From Podarcis filfolensis (Eukaryota): 64,000 bases of DNA. The position numbers were made by a program, and so were the translations under genes. The stretch lies in the NCBI GenBank assembly GCA_964270895.1, contig OZ185449.1; one strand, 5' to 3'. Shown here piece after piece: positions 23,716 to 37,056 of the stretch. The notes below the pieces were generated by a model, which saw only the letters and a list, made by a program, of their open reading frames with translations, had not been told where the DNA came from and did no database searches. Position 1 is the stretch's first letter, and the number at the start of each line of letters is the position of its first letter.

Positions 23716-24070
23716 AAAAGGTAAAGGACCCCTGACAGTTAAGTCCAGTCGCGAATGACTCTTAAGTCTAGTCGCACTCGTCTCACTTTACTGGCCGAGG
23801 GAGCCGATGTTTGTCCGCAGGCAGTTTTTCCGGGTCATGTGGCCAGCATGATTAAGCTGCTTCTGGCGAAACCAGAGTAGTGCACGGAAACACCGTTTAC
23901 CTTCCTGCCGGAGCAGTACCTATTTATCTATTTGCACTTTGATGTGCTTTCGAACTGCTAGGTTGGCAGGAGCTGGGACTGAGCAACGGGAGCTCACCCC
24001 ATCCCGGGGATTCGAACCGATCGGCAAGCCCTAGGTTCAGTGGTTTAGACCACAGCGCCATCTGTGTCCC
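23716..24070 (-). mobile_element. Full-length Sauria SINE
   Basis: Reverse complement of the 2257-2614 element over its whole length, with a small internal rearrangement near 23760. Confidence 0.9.
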
Positions 24071-27000
24071 ACAGCACAGGATTTTAGCTGCTTTCAAATA
24101 GTTCTGTACGTTCAGCCCTGGCTGCTCCACTCCGTTGGATCGGTATTTCTATCTTTTGCCTCTCAGTGTCTTAAGTTCTAGTGCAACAGGAAGACATGTG
24201 TTCTGCACACCTTTTTTATCAGTTGAGATCATAAATTTGCTTTCTGTCCATTAGTTGTAAGGACGAGATGGCAAGGGGAAGCTGTGCAAATTGGCTGCAA
24301 CAAATTGGCTATAGAAATCATGATAATAAGTATCAGCTTAATTTTCTTCAAGTTAAATAAGATCTTCTATCAGCATACGCATATTTCTTGAGAGCCACAA
24401 GCATGGATTTTCAAGGCAAGTCTCTGCTATGCATACAATTAAATCGGACGTATATTCCATAGTAGCAATTCCTGTTTGGATGTTTCTAACTCTCAAATAG
24501 CATAGATAGTGGCTACCAGATGCCAGCCTAAACAGAACCATTTTATGTTTTTGAAAGTCAATATCTGTTTCGACAAACGTTATAGAAAATAAGTTACAAA
24601 ATTGTAGGGTAGCTATCAGGAAAACCTGTTTGTTGAACTTAAATATAGTACAGAGACAGCATTGATGTGAGAAACTGTTGCTTAAATTCATGTCACAGGT
24701 ACAGTTTTTCTGATTAATGATGATATAGCTTTACCAAGGACAGTTTCCCATATATCTCCAATCAGGTCACAGTGTGAAATGGAAGTGGAATACATGAGTC
24801 ATGAGCCAGAAAAATGACTCAACAAGTGGAAGGTAGAAATAAAGAAAAGCTAGTAACAACGGACAGTGAAGTACTGTACATGGGTAGCCAGCGTACTTCC
24901 CATCAACCCCTGCCAGCATGGCCATTGGTCAAGGATGGTGACAGTTTTAGTCAAATGGCTACAGATAGTTCAACATTTAACCTTCATAAAAGCCCCAATA
25001 ACTGTTCCAAAATATTTATGCTTGAACGTTAAGGAAGGTCCTATAGGGGCAGAGCTATCCTGTTACTCTAGATTTTGGATAGTGCTACATGCAAGATGAG
25101 GATTAGTGTTCCTAGGTGGCAAAAAAGAGAGAAGCACTGGATAGCATAATCCAAGATCTTGGTTCATTCCTACCACTAATTAAGTCCACAGTGGATCCTG
25201 AACCACAGAGGTCTGGTAAAGGGAAGATCTGCAGGATGGGCTATTAAACTAGTATGAGAACATCAGTAGCTCAGAACAAGTAATGTGAGAGGCACAACTT
25301 GTATATATAGAATAAATATTTCTTGATCAGACAGTGTGTAATCAGAGGAACAAGGAGGCTTAACATAGGTATACAAAAAACTGCCTATATCATTTCAGTG
25401 CATTAGTTCACTAGCTCAGGATAGGATTCTTTCCCAACCCCATCTGGAAATGCCAGGCATTGAACCTGGGACCTGCATACAAAGCATGTGTTCTGCCATT
25501 AAATTGTGATCCTTCCTCATCTTACGCTTTACTGTTGCATGCTGCAGACTTGTCTTTGCCTCAGCCAGTCATCCCCTGATCCTTGATTGAACAACATGAC
25601 ATGAAAATGGAGCTATCAATGTCTATTAGTTATGGTGCGTATATGACGCTCCCAGGTTCAGAGTTCATATGTTCCTATATAACAGTACTGCCTGTAAAAG
25701 AATAACAGTGGGAGATGTTTATTACCCTCGTGTTGTGCTTGAAGGCATCTGGTTGGCCATTGTGGAAAATAGGATATTGGATTAAATAGGCCTATGGCCT
25801 AATCCAGCAGAGCTCTTAAGTTTTTATGGCTGAAACCATGGCCCTTGACAGTGAAATGGAGTGGTAGCATTCTCAGAGGAATGCAGAAACCAAGCAATTT
25901 AAGCTCCCTCCAAACAGAAAGAATATAGATATATTATGGTGAACAAAATCCAAAATTTCCGTATTAAGCTAACCAACGTAAGACAAAATAGCATTCTAAG
26001 TTGTTGAATAGCACTTCTGGCCAGATGATAAACAAAGGGGCTGGGGGTGGAATAAATTATTACACCCAACATCATGAGTATGTTCCCTCTTAAGAGCTGT
26101 AAGACCAGATGTGTGAGAAAATAGACTTTTAAATAAAGCTCTTTTCGATGCAATGCAGGTATGAGGCTGTACCAGCTCCATATTCCTCAACTCCAGATAT
26201 ATAAAAATTTTCTTTTATTCAGATCTGCCTCAATCCTTAAGCAAAGCACTCACTTCCCTTGATAGATAGATAATATAAATTAAGAGAATCTAGGCTGTCA
26301 TAATGGTAACAGAATTCAGAATTAATTTTAGGAGGTATTCTAAGCAAAAAAGCCAATAGAGGCCAGATTCAGTAATTTTACCTAGCAGTTGAAAGAACAT
26401 GTTTATTCAGAGAATAACACCCCCCCACACACAAATCTTAGATGATATAAATATTCCTTCTGTTTAGGTTTTCACTGTTGAACAGCTAAATTTGATCTTT
26501 TCCAAGTTTACCATCAAGATGATAAAAGTTCAAAATAAGTCAAAAGCTTAAGGTTTTGATTAGCTAGAACATGTACAGCTCTAATTTGGATTTTTCATTA
26601 TGGCCAACAATGCCATCTTCACTTACTTGTGAGTGGCAGACATTTAAGTCCCATTTACTGTGATGCCAACAAATAAAGGTTGAAATCTTTTCCCCTTGCT
26701 ATGCTTTTAAATAAGGTGAGAGGAAGTTTAGTATAAAATAGAACATTTTCTAGCACTCTTCACTAAAGAACTGAATAAAAATCTATATCAATATAAAATT
26801 TAACATTTGTTTGAGACAAACAGAGTTTGTGCAGAGTTATTCCCATTTCTTCGTCATTTGTCTAGAACTTCTTTATACAGTAACTGAGGAAGAAAGATCA
26901 GTCACAGCATGTTATCAGTGCAGCTCTGCCAGTGTACTGCTGCACCAAATAACTAAAGTGACACAAGTAATTCACAAAGCTGTACATGATGCTACCTCTT

Positions 27001-27527
27001 GGGTGTAATTAATGCATCTCTGTGTTAACTGGAGCATAGAGATAGAGGTTTCCTTTCTTCCAAGTTCTGTGAAGATGTGCTGTCCTTTGTGCAGTACAGT
27101 CTTTCCCAAAACCTTGGCTGTACTGTGTACTCCTAGAATTACAGGAAAATACTACAGAAGCTCAAAGGGATTTACATTTCTACACTTTCTCTTTCTGACC
27201 ATCTCCAATTGGAGACCACTTCTTTCCTGAAGCCCCAACTGTGCTGGATGTGATAACTTCTGGTCCTCTAAGACCCCATAGCTCTTTGGCAATTTTAAGT
27301 AAAAGCTACCCATTAGGTTAAAAGAAATACATACAGTGCTGACTGAGGTTGATGTACATACAATGCTGACTGAGGTTTGCGAGTCCAGCACCTTCAGGAT
27401 ACTTGACTGCCACTGACTTAGACGAACCCTTACTTACATAAAGTTGAATTTAAGATTTGCATTTTAATGCATTTCCAGCCTTGCTCAGTAGGTCCACAAA
27501 AGTTTTTAGTTAACAGTGACGACAGTG

Positions 27528-27566
27528 GCAGCAGCAGCAGCAGCAGCAACAACAACAACAATAACA
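27528..27566. repeat. Compound microsatellite (GCA)n(ACA)n
   Basis: Read directly. Confidence 0.9.
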
Positions 27567-30125
27567 AATACTAGCTGGAGACTGGCAGAGGAGGGAAGAA
27601 GAGGTTATTATCTTCTCCAGCAGTCTGCTGAAACCAAGGGGGCAGCCCCCTTGGTTTCTGGGGTGGGTGCAGAGGACAGATGGAGTAGTCCATCCCTCTT
27701 CCAGCAGACCTCTCAAAGTCACCAGCATGTTGCTCTTTGTCACCTATGATTACAAGGTTATGCATGATCATGCATAACCTTGTAATTCAAAACGTAATAA
27801 ATGCTACTGTTTTGTGCTTCAACACATTACATTTTCAGTTAGCAATATTAATGCCTTCTTATGTAGAAAATGCAAAATGTCATGTAATGAGGTGTGTGCA
27901 AAAACATCTTCCAGAGTTTATCATCTGAAGAAGAAAAAATTGTAATTCTTAGCTTCACAATACCAGCATACATCTAGGAACTCTTTAAGTTGTATGTCAT
28001 AAGAATACTTGCAGTATAGAGTAATAATCTTCAGTTATTTAACTATCAGTTATTTGGATGTAGTATATCATCCAAAAAGGTGAACCTTTGCATACTGTGC
28101 CAAGTTCACAAAATCAGGGTATTAGCTGCACACCTTAGACAAGCTTTCGTTTTATGAATTTACTAAATATGCAAGCACAATTGGTAAAGACTTTATATAT
28201 ATTTTTGTTGGAATTATTCTAACTATAATAAGAAACCAAGAGGAAAATACCTTTATCAAAGACTGGGACTATCTGCATTTGTGGACACATATAAGTTCTC
28301 TATCAGGATTAGTTTAAAGTCAAGCAATTAAAATTAATGTGAAAGGAAAACTAGGGATTAATTAATAATTAGAATAAAAGGATAACAAAGCAGTGTTATG
28401 AACTATATAAATATATGAAACGGCAAAAGGGGTGAGGGGAAGTCAAAATATACCTGTTTATTGGGAAAATATTGGATTTGTATTTCTAGAAAATGTTTCA
28501 AAAACTGAAAAATAAAATTTGTATAATTTTACAGAAAGAATAGCAAAAATAGAAAGAAGTTCCTTTCAAATTAAAGTATTACTGTATAGTTAAAATTTGA
28601 CAAAAGACTAACAGTAAAATAGCAAAAATCAAAGGAGTTCATGCTTATGGTACCATTTGTACTGAAGGTTATGTTTGGAAAAAGAAAAACCAATAACCAC
28701 CACTGTGAATTCCTTCTTCACTCCCAAGCAGTCCACAAAATTCAGACTTGTGCAGGTATCCACAATGCATTCATTAGCCCAACAAAAGCAATTACTCCTG
28801 GCAATCTGTCACATAGCACACAGATTTCCTCTCCAGAGCTCCCTTTTGTTCTGCAACTTGGAGGTCTTGAGAAACAACAGAAACTCTTCCAAACAGTAGG
28901 ATATATTTCTGCTGGTTCTTACCTTCTCCATACATCAGTACAGTGGAAATACTCTTGCTGCCCCTCTGCATGTATCATATAACTATGGGAAGGAAGACGG
29001 CCATAAATAATGGCTGACTAGTAAGCCAAGCAAAAATATGTAGTCTACAGGGACTGAACACATGGTTTTCCTCCCATAAGTTTTCCTTTAGATACCCATA
29101 TTCATGCAAACTCTGGGTGAAGACTGACTTTGTATAGCAAAAGAAAAACTGAAATGCCTACTGAGCATCATTTGCTCCTCCTTTAATATATGTAACATCC
29201 AAGTACTGTAGTTAACAAGGTTCTCCAGATCTGGTTGCCAGCAACTTAATGCTCAGTCAGTATCTCCACAAAAACATCAATATTAAGATTTATCTAGCAC
29301 AGCTTTGTCTTCCAATATCAGCCAACCAGAAAGCCCAGAGAAGTTGACAAGAACATGATAATAAAGTTAACTTACCACCACCATCCTGTATAATCATTTA
29401 TTGTGATGGAGGATGTGCTTACATTGGTCATTATATTATTCTGCCATCTCCCATCAGCCCTAGCCAGCGTGACCAGTTGACACACACAGACCACCAACAT
29501 ATGGAGGGCACCACATTAGCTATTCATACACTAGTGGAAGAGAACTGCAAGCAGACAACCCATATGTGAAAGGGTCAGGGGAATTACGAGGTATAGAGAT
29601 TGGACCAGGAGTCACATTGTTTAGCTGCCGTACTTGCTACTGTATCAAGCAATAAAATTTGTTGGTAAGATGTAGCTGTGTGAATATGTCTGTAAGATAG
29701 CGTAACCTTATGATACGGAGCTACCATCTGCAAGCTCCAAATTGCAGCTCTCACTTTCACCCCCACCTGGCATTTGATTTGTACCTATGATGGAAATATT
29801 TAAGAAAAATGAATACATTTTTATTTGGGCATTTGGATCCCAAAGGATTTTTTTCTATGTGTATGGTTCTAGAATACGTTATAAACACTGCTGAATATTG
29901 AATGTTATTGTACTTGTTGGTTTTAAAATGACATTTTACTTATCTTCTAAGTCGCTCTGTGCACTATATTGGAGAAAGGGTCTAATGGAAACATTTAAAA
30001 ATTATATAAAAAATAATATCATACTGGATAAGTCAGATAAGGTACACTAATGAATCGTTCATGCTAGCCCCATGTACTAGATTGTTCCCGTTTCCAGCTG
30101 GCAAACTGTTAGAGAGGCTTAAGCA

Positions 30126-30215
30126 CATAGCTGTCAACTTTTCCCTTTTCTTGCAAGGAATCCTATTCGAAATGAGGGAATTTCCCTTTAAAAAAGGGAA
30201 ACGTTGAAAGCTATG
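30126..30215 (+). mobile_element. 90 bp MITE family B, copy 2
   Basis: Near-identical to 8911-9000; perfect TSD CTTAAGCA. Confidence 0.88.
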
Positions 30216-30795
30216 CTTAAGCACTGGCGGTACTTCAGAAGGAATAATGACATGACACTGTAGCAGTTCAGGGTGAACAGGTGCAAGACCAAGAAGTCAT
30301 TTTCAGCTTGACAGTCAGCCCAGAGAAGCCTAAGATCTTTGTGGGCTGGAATATAAAAATCCATCTGTGACAACTGAGGGAACTTACAGTCAGGGAAGAA
30401 GCAATAAACAGCATCCAAGCACAGTCATAAAAAAGTGCTGAGTAAATAGGAAGTCTCTGAGTGGATTTAGCACAACCATTAGACAGATTGCCACTCCAGT
30501 TCCATGTAACAATGCTGCTGAAGATTTGAAACAAGAAACTACACCCCCAGCCTATGTATTAGGCATACATTGTTGGTTTAAGGACCATGAGAAGGGAGGG
30601 AATATTTGAGTGCAGCTTGTCTTTCCCTTCACTATCAGAGAACCCAACACCAGGTCCTTCCCTTCAGTTAGGTTAAACCCATTAATTTTGACCAGGCCAA
30701 TCATTGTCTATAAACTTTGGGGACCTTGGGTCTTGGGAAAGGGCAAGGCCAGAATAAAGCTGATCACCCCAAATGATGCTAAATGAATAGAATGC

Positions 30796-31080
30796 TGTTG
30801 TTGTTTAGTCGTTTAGTCATGTCCGACTCTTCGTGACCCCATGGACCAGAGCATGCCAGGCACTCCTGTCTTCCACTGCCTCCTGCAGTTTGGTCAAATT
30901 CTTGCTGGTAGCTTCAAGAACACTGTCCAGCCATCTCGTCCTCTGTCGTTCCCTTCTCCTTGTGCCCTCAATCTTTCCCAACATTAGGGTCTTTTCCAGG
31001 GAGTTTTCTCTTCTCATGAGGTGGCCAAAGTATTGGAGCCTCAGCTTCACGATCTGTCCTTCCAGTGAGCACTCAGGGCT
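30796..31080 (-). mobile_element. 5'-truncated Bov-B (RTE) LINE
   Basis: Open frame SPECSLEGQIVKLRLQYFGHLMRRENSLEKTLMLGKIEG...HGVTKSRT is the Bov-B ORF C-terminus; (CAA)n tail. Confidence 0.92.
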
Positions 31081-31644
31081 CAGTAAATAACAGAAGAATT
31101 GCACAATATTACCTGAGCATACTCAGTTGCCTTCAGGAGCCACAAAAATATTGAGATCCAATTGGAGAAGAGAGGTAAAAATGTGTCCCTTGCAGCTTAC
31201 AGAATCCTAGAGGGCATGGCTGACTTGTTGGAAGAGGAGCATACCTGTTAGAATAAGGATACATTACAAAATTTAGTTACAGGTCCCACTTGCCAGTGCC
31301 TTAAGTCTACTTCTTTATTTTGAAGAGCCCATTCATCTCATCCAGTTGATGCAAATCACAAACTTTAACTACTGACTGTAACAGTCAGTAACTCTTTCTA
31401 GTGTAGTGGTAAAAATGCAGTCAAGTTTGGTTGCTGTCAATTTTCGTAGACTGAATATTTGGGGACTTTTGTCTCAGTAGAGAACGCTTGAGTTAATAAA
31501 TTGATTCTTTTAACTGCCCACCAGCTTGCTATATCTTCACTTACTATAATGCCAGTTTTTGCCTTCTAGGCTAGTGTTGATTAGAATATTTCCCATGTCT
31601 GATCTGTTTTAAGGTGACACAGTCAGAATGACCTGCATTTTAAA

Positions 31645-31850
31645 TGAGAAGGCAGTGCAGTTCTAAGACCTGGGAAACCAGGCTTTAAATTCCCACTCAG
31701 CTGTGAAGCTCACCAAGTGACCCTGGGCCACTTACAGCGTCACAGCATAACCTATCTTACAGGGGTGTAGTTGAAATTAAATGAGATGGGGATGGGAACC
31801 ATGTATGCAACCTTGGGTTGCTTGGAGAAAAGGTGTGATATAAATGCAAA
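31645..31850 (+). mobile_element. MIR/CORE-type (Squam3-like) SINE
   Basis: GACCTGGGAAACC...GTGACCCTGGGCCA...GGAGAAAAGGTGTGATATAAAT. Confidence 0.7.
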
Positions 31851-32345
31851 AACAAACAAACAACACATCTAACCAAGATAAAACTCTTCTGGTCAGATAA
31901 TTAATTTGCTCATACCTAACTTCCCCCCTCCCCCTCCCCTTCATTCAAAGGGTGAATTTCCTACATGGCAACTTGAGAGAGAAGTTACCTTACAGCAAAA
32001 TGAAATAATTTCTTTCTTGTATCAATCAGTCAGTAAAGCTCTACTGCTGCGGAATTGTTCTTTAAAGCTTTGTATTTGGTAAAGAAAGTTGCAGAGAAAT
32101 TGTGCAAATCATTGGGGTTAAGTCCGGGGGGGGGGGCACAGAAAGGGTTGGCAGTGTAGTAAAAGCAAGGCACAATCTATAGTGCATGTGTACAACATCT
32201 GGAGGTTCTTGTGTTTGCATACAGTACACATGCCTGGATTGCTGAGTACACATTTAATTGAGTAAACAAGTGGCCTTGCTTGCACATGAATGGATGTCTG
32301 GATTTATCCCTTGTACTCTGTACTGCACTTAAGCTAGTATAAGTT

Positions 32346-32543
32346 AAAAAGGTAAAGGGACCCCTGACAATTAAGTCGAGTCGTGAATGACTTGGGTTGC
32401 GGCGCTCATCTCATTTTACAGGCCGAGGGAGCAGGCGTTTGTCTGCTTCCGCAGACAGTTTTTCCAGGTCATGTGGCCAGCATGACTAAGCTGCTTCTGG
32501 TGAAACCAGAGAAGCGCACGGAAACGCCGTTTTCCTTCCCACC
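32346..32543 (-). mobile_element. Sauria SINE 3' half
   Basis: AAAGGTAAAGGGACCCCTGAC...GGAAACGCCGTTTTCCTTCCC, matching the other copies. Confidence 0.85.
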
Positions 32544-33469
32544 TACCCCTATTCAAAACTTTTTGGGACAAAACTTGATAGCCTACCCTTGTATTTAAGA
32601 AGTAGCCAAGTAGCCACATGTGATCAAGAATTCCACACAGGTGTGTAAGCAAGCTAGCAGAAGACAAATGAAGTGAACAATCTCTGTAACAAGCATAGAA
32701 ATGCAATTCTAAATCCCTCCTTGTCAGCACTAAGCCAGGCTAGTAACTTCTCACAGCTTATTTACAAGGCTGTGTTAGATCTACAATTCATCTCAAAACT
32801 AAATCAATGCCTGCTGCTAAAGACATATAAAAGAGGCTTTGCTATGCAAATGAAAAACCAGTCTGAACATTTCCTAAATAGGAATATTTACATGCCACCT
32901 ACAAAACATAGGCATTTCATGTTTTACCTGATGAAAGTAAATTCCTGCAGTATGTCCAATAACAACGATCCCTGATTTGAACTATTGGTCATGGGCACTT
33001 CATTTTGGTTTGCTACTATTTTTGTGAGAGTGGGACTGTATTAAATGAAGCAGAAGGAAATACTTGAAGGAAGAATGGAAGATAGAATTTTGCAGTGCAC
33101 ATGTTCCTGTATTCCCATACTTAGGCTTCAGACCTGTATATAGATGCTGGTTTTAAGTCCTATGGGATTTATTAGATGGGCTCTAGTGTGATAGTGACTG
33201 GGTGGGTTCTGTACCCTTCACTAACATTGTTCTTAATTAGGTCAGCTACTTTGTGGAATAATCGGTGGTGGCAGATTTTTTTTGGTGGGCTGTTGTTGTT
33301 TGCATAAAGTGTTTGGGAAAAGAGGGATGTAGGTGATGCCACCACAATTTCACTGATCATGGGTAGAATGAGATACATCCATGGGGAGGTGACAGGTTAC
33401 CATGCAAATTGAAGATGGGGCTATTTACTCTTTCTTTCTCACCCCATCCCTTCCAGTGTTTGGGTTGCT

Positions 33470-34240
33470 GGTTACTCATCATCTGTGCCTGCTGTTTAAT
33501 GCTAGATCAGTACAGAATAAAACCACATTTATCCATGATTTGATCATGGATGAGGTGGGTAGTTGAGCTGGGAAGAGTTGATCTTGTCCAGCTGTGCCCA
33601 CCTGGATACTTGGTGCAGCATCAGCACAGGCTGCAGTATGGGAATGAGGAGTTGCTGTTTTCCATATAATGTCCATTTCCAGGAAAACCCTCAGTTTCAG
33701 AGCTGGTGGTGTCGGACCAAGGAGACAGTAGACTAGAGCTGCTGTTGGTGTATCATCCACCCTGCTGCCCAGTATCTTTTCTGACCGAGCTGGCAAAGAT
33801 AGTCTTGCGTGCGATGTTAGAATAACCCAGAATTACAGTGCTGAGGCAGCCCCATGCCAACTACGGGTCTGTCTCAAGTTGGTCCAGCACATAGGGCAGA
33901 AGACACCCTAGTTTGCATTTTTGCTCCAGATGGAGGAAGGGATGGTCTGGGGATGGTGGATGCCACCCTGCTATCATAGTTAGATCACTTCATGGTAAAC
34001 TTTGGACTTATAGCTCCAATCTTCCCACTCAGGATGGTGGACAGATTGAGATGATCTGTCTTGGGAGACTAATGGAGTCCACTGGATTCCTGAATGCTCT
34101 GGGGGAATTTCTCATAGATAGAGCAGGTGATCCTGTTGCAGCCCTTGTCATGCTGTGGAACACCAAGACTTGTTGGGCTCTTGACACAGTTGTCCCTAAG
34201 TATGCTCTCAGGCATTGTTGAACCCACCATGCACCTTAGT
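33470..34240 (+). mobile_element. Decayed L2 LINE ORF2, endonuclease region
   Basis: + strand remnants LFNARSVQNKTTFIHDLIMDE, LLLVYHPPCCP and GFLNALGEFLIDRAGDPVAALV, with stops and frameshifts. Confidence 0.7.
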
Positions 34241-34949
34241 GAAACAGGTTGAATGAGGGCTAGAGCACAAGTGGAGAAAGATGTGTTGTGAAGTCAGCCT
34301 AGCACAAGTGAAACAATGGGACCATGCCTACTGTGTGACTGTGAGAGTGACAAAGGTTTCCTATGAATAATTAGATACTGTGCTAATATAAGTGCTGCTA
34401 ACTGTTGCCATTTGTGTACAGGTGTACACATTTTCCACTTTAAGGGGGAGGGAGAAAAATTATATGTACAACTGGTTCAATCCCTCATAGTGTAAAAAAT
34501 GCTGTCCAGCTTCTGCTTTGTGTAGGTTGCAGGCTTATACACATCAACCTCTGAAACCTTTCCTTCTCCCATATGAATTGTCATGGTTTCCTTGTCATAA
34601 CCATAACACAGCAATAACCCTGAATTGGATTTTTAACCATAATTGTTTGCAAACCTCCATTAAGGTTAATCCCAGCTAGTAATGCTGTACCAGGAAGGTC
34701 AGTATCTTGAGTGCAGGTAGCTTAAAGCTTGGTAAGAACCTGACAGAACCCAGGTGGGACTGCACCATTGTGCCTTCCATGTGATGTTATTTCTCTGCCA
34801 CCATTGTGGCAGCAAGTAGCTGTCTGGTAGAGCTTTTCTGAGTGTTGAATGGGCCTTTGTCATCTGGCCAAGAGATCATTGTTCTTGCACCCTTGAGGTC
34901 TACAGTGACAACTTTGTGAGGCACTTTGTTTCCTATGCTATTTAACATC

Positions 34950-35215
34950 TATATGAAGCCACTGGAAGCTGTTGCCAGGAGATTTGGAACAAGGTGTCAT
35001 CAGTACAAAGGTGACACTCAGCCGTGTCTCTCTGTTCCATATGAATTAGGAGAAGCAGTTGAGGCACTTGGAGCTGATGATGAGGTGGATGTGGGTCAAT
35101 AAATTGAAGCTGAATAGACAAGATATGTAATGCATTTAGGAGGTGGGGAGATGGCCTGTCCTGGATGGGGTTGCCCTCCCCTGGAAGGAGCAGACTCATA
35201 GTTTGGGGGTTCTGC
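34950..35215 (+). mobile_element. Decayed L2 LINE reverse transcriptase fragment
   Basis: EPLEAVARRFGTRCHQYKGDTQ (degenerate YADD box), followed by a PVLDGVALP-like remnant. Confidence 0.7.
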
Positions 35216-37056
35216 TGGCCTGCAATAGGACATTCTCTGTGGCAGCCCCTAACATATGGAACTCCCTGTCTATGGAAGTGTGTCCAGCAACTTTAGTATA
35301 TCGTTTTCAGTGACCTCTTTATTCTGCCTTTTGACACCAGAGATGCATATTTTTATGACACCCTAGTTTTGTGATTATATGTAGTTTCAACTGTTTATAA
35401 TGTTGTGTTTATTATTGTTGTAACCCACCCTGGGACCTTAGGGTGAAGGGCAGGTGGTGGTGATGGTTGTGACCTTAGGGTGAAGGGCAGGTGGTGGTGG
35501 TTGTTGTTGTTGTTGTTATTGAAAATTGCATTTGGTTAAAAGATTAGCAGTGCTTGGCAATGCTATACAGTATCTGCATCAGACCATAATTTTTTTTTTT
35601 AACCTTGGACCTTCAGGAGTGTACTTTTCTTGAACAGTAATATTTGCTCCATATGTAGGCTTCATTATCAAGCCCTCGTGGGAAATATGCAATAATAATA
35701 GTTTTAAATCCAGATGGGCCTGGTTCACATAGGCTGTAGTCATATCATGTGATGAATTGCATGTGTGACTGAGCCCATCTTGGATTATTCACTGCAGCGT
35801 TTTCATCTTGCTCAGTGTCAGTTCACAGTCATTCTACTTTTCAATGGGAACATTACAAACATTTGGCTGAGAGCCACATTTTGTGTGAGGTGATATAGAT
35901 ATTTTTGTCCCTGAGGTTTGATCAGTTTTGGCTCATTCTATTTGCAATTCTCATTTTCAGTGGACATTTAGCTGCATAATTCTTAATGGAGCAACGCTCT
36001 AAAATCAGATTGTTCATTTGTGGCAGAATCTTTAGCTTACAACTGAAAACACGCTGTCACCTAGAAAATTAACTAATATAACAAATATTCAAATATATTA
36101 ATGTGATGAGTTTAATCACAATGCAAAACTCTGTAAAATCACTACCTTCCTCATTGTTGCAGCAGGTTTGGGGTTTGTTTGTGTTGTTATAGTTGTTGGA
36201 GTTTTTTAAGCTCTGCATGATTAAAGTGAGGGAGTACCTTATGTACGTAATTTTATTTAGCATGCTGTAAAATATAAATTCTAACTCATTATAATATTGT
36301 TCTGCCTTAGCTGTTACACTTTAAACTTCCTGTCAAGAAATAGCTAGGTCAACCTCTGGGTGACCTGTCTTATTTAGCTTTGGGCTAGAGCTCCACCAAG
36401 TGATCTTCCAGCATGATACATTTTTTTTTAAAGTAAGCTGATTGTGTTTTAGCATCACTTAGTGGCAGTATGAATTTTAACCTTTTATTCCTGCCAGGAA
36501 ATTACATTTCAAGACTTTGGTGTAAAATTAAAAGAATATAGTGTTCAGTTGCATTTGATAATATTTAATTGGATTTAAAGCTTAGACAACTGAAATGTTT
36601 GTATATGGTCTTCAGTTTTGTCATTTGTTTTCAACTTGAAACCTCGCAAGAGGCACTTGAACCATCTGGTAATTAGCTATTGCTTACAGTATTTTAAACA
36701 TGTTAAAAACCACAGTCAGGAATTGGACAAGCGTGTCACCACTGATAGCAGGTTGGCTACCATAGTTGCAGTTAATGAAAATGCATTGCTGTGTCTTCGG
36801 TGAACAAGCATTTTGCTTAATACAGTGGCAATGTGTACTGTGCAACTGCAAAGTAATTCCCAGTGTGTAGCATACAGCCCCAGTCCATTCCACATGCTAC
36901 TTTGAATTGCTGTGAGAGACTGACCCTATCGGTAAATTGAAAGATTCTCAATGGCTTAAGATCTGGTCCACTTGCCACCTTTAGGTCTCTGTCTACCAAC
37001 ATTAAGGATAATTCTTTTTTAAAATCTGGGAATGCTTTTGAGGTAAGAAATGCAGA

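Noticed and set aside
24050-24070. CTCF-like CAGATGGCGC in a Sauria SINE head
   Set aside because: Only the 3' half of the motif matches; the 5' CCAC positions fail.
27510-27771. Poly-Ala/Thr or poly-Cys ORFs
   Set aside because: They are translations of the (GCA)n(ACA)n microsatellite.
34942-35199. Minus-strand 85 aa ORF as a protein
   Set aside because: The meaningful frame is the broken L2 RT on the + strand.
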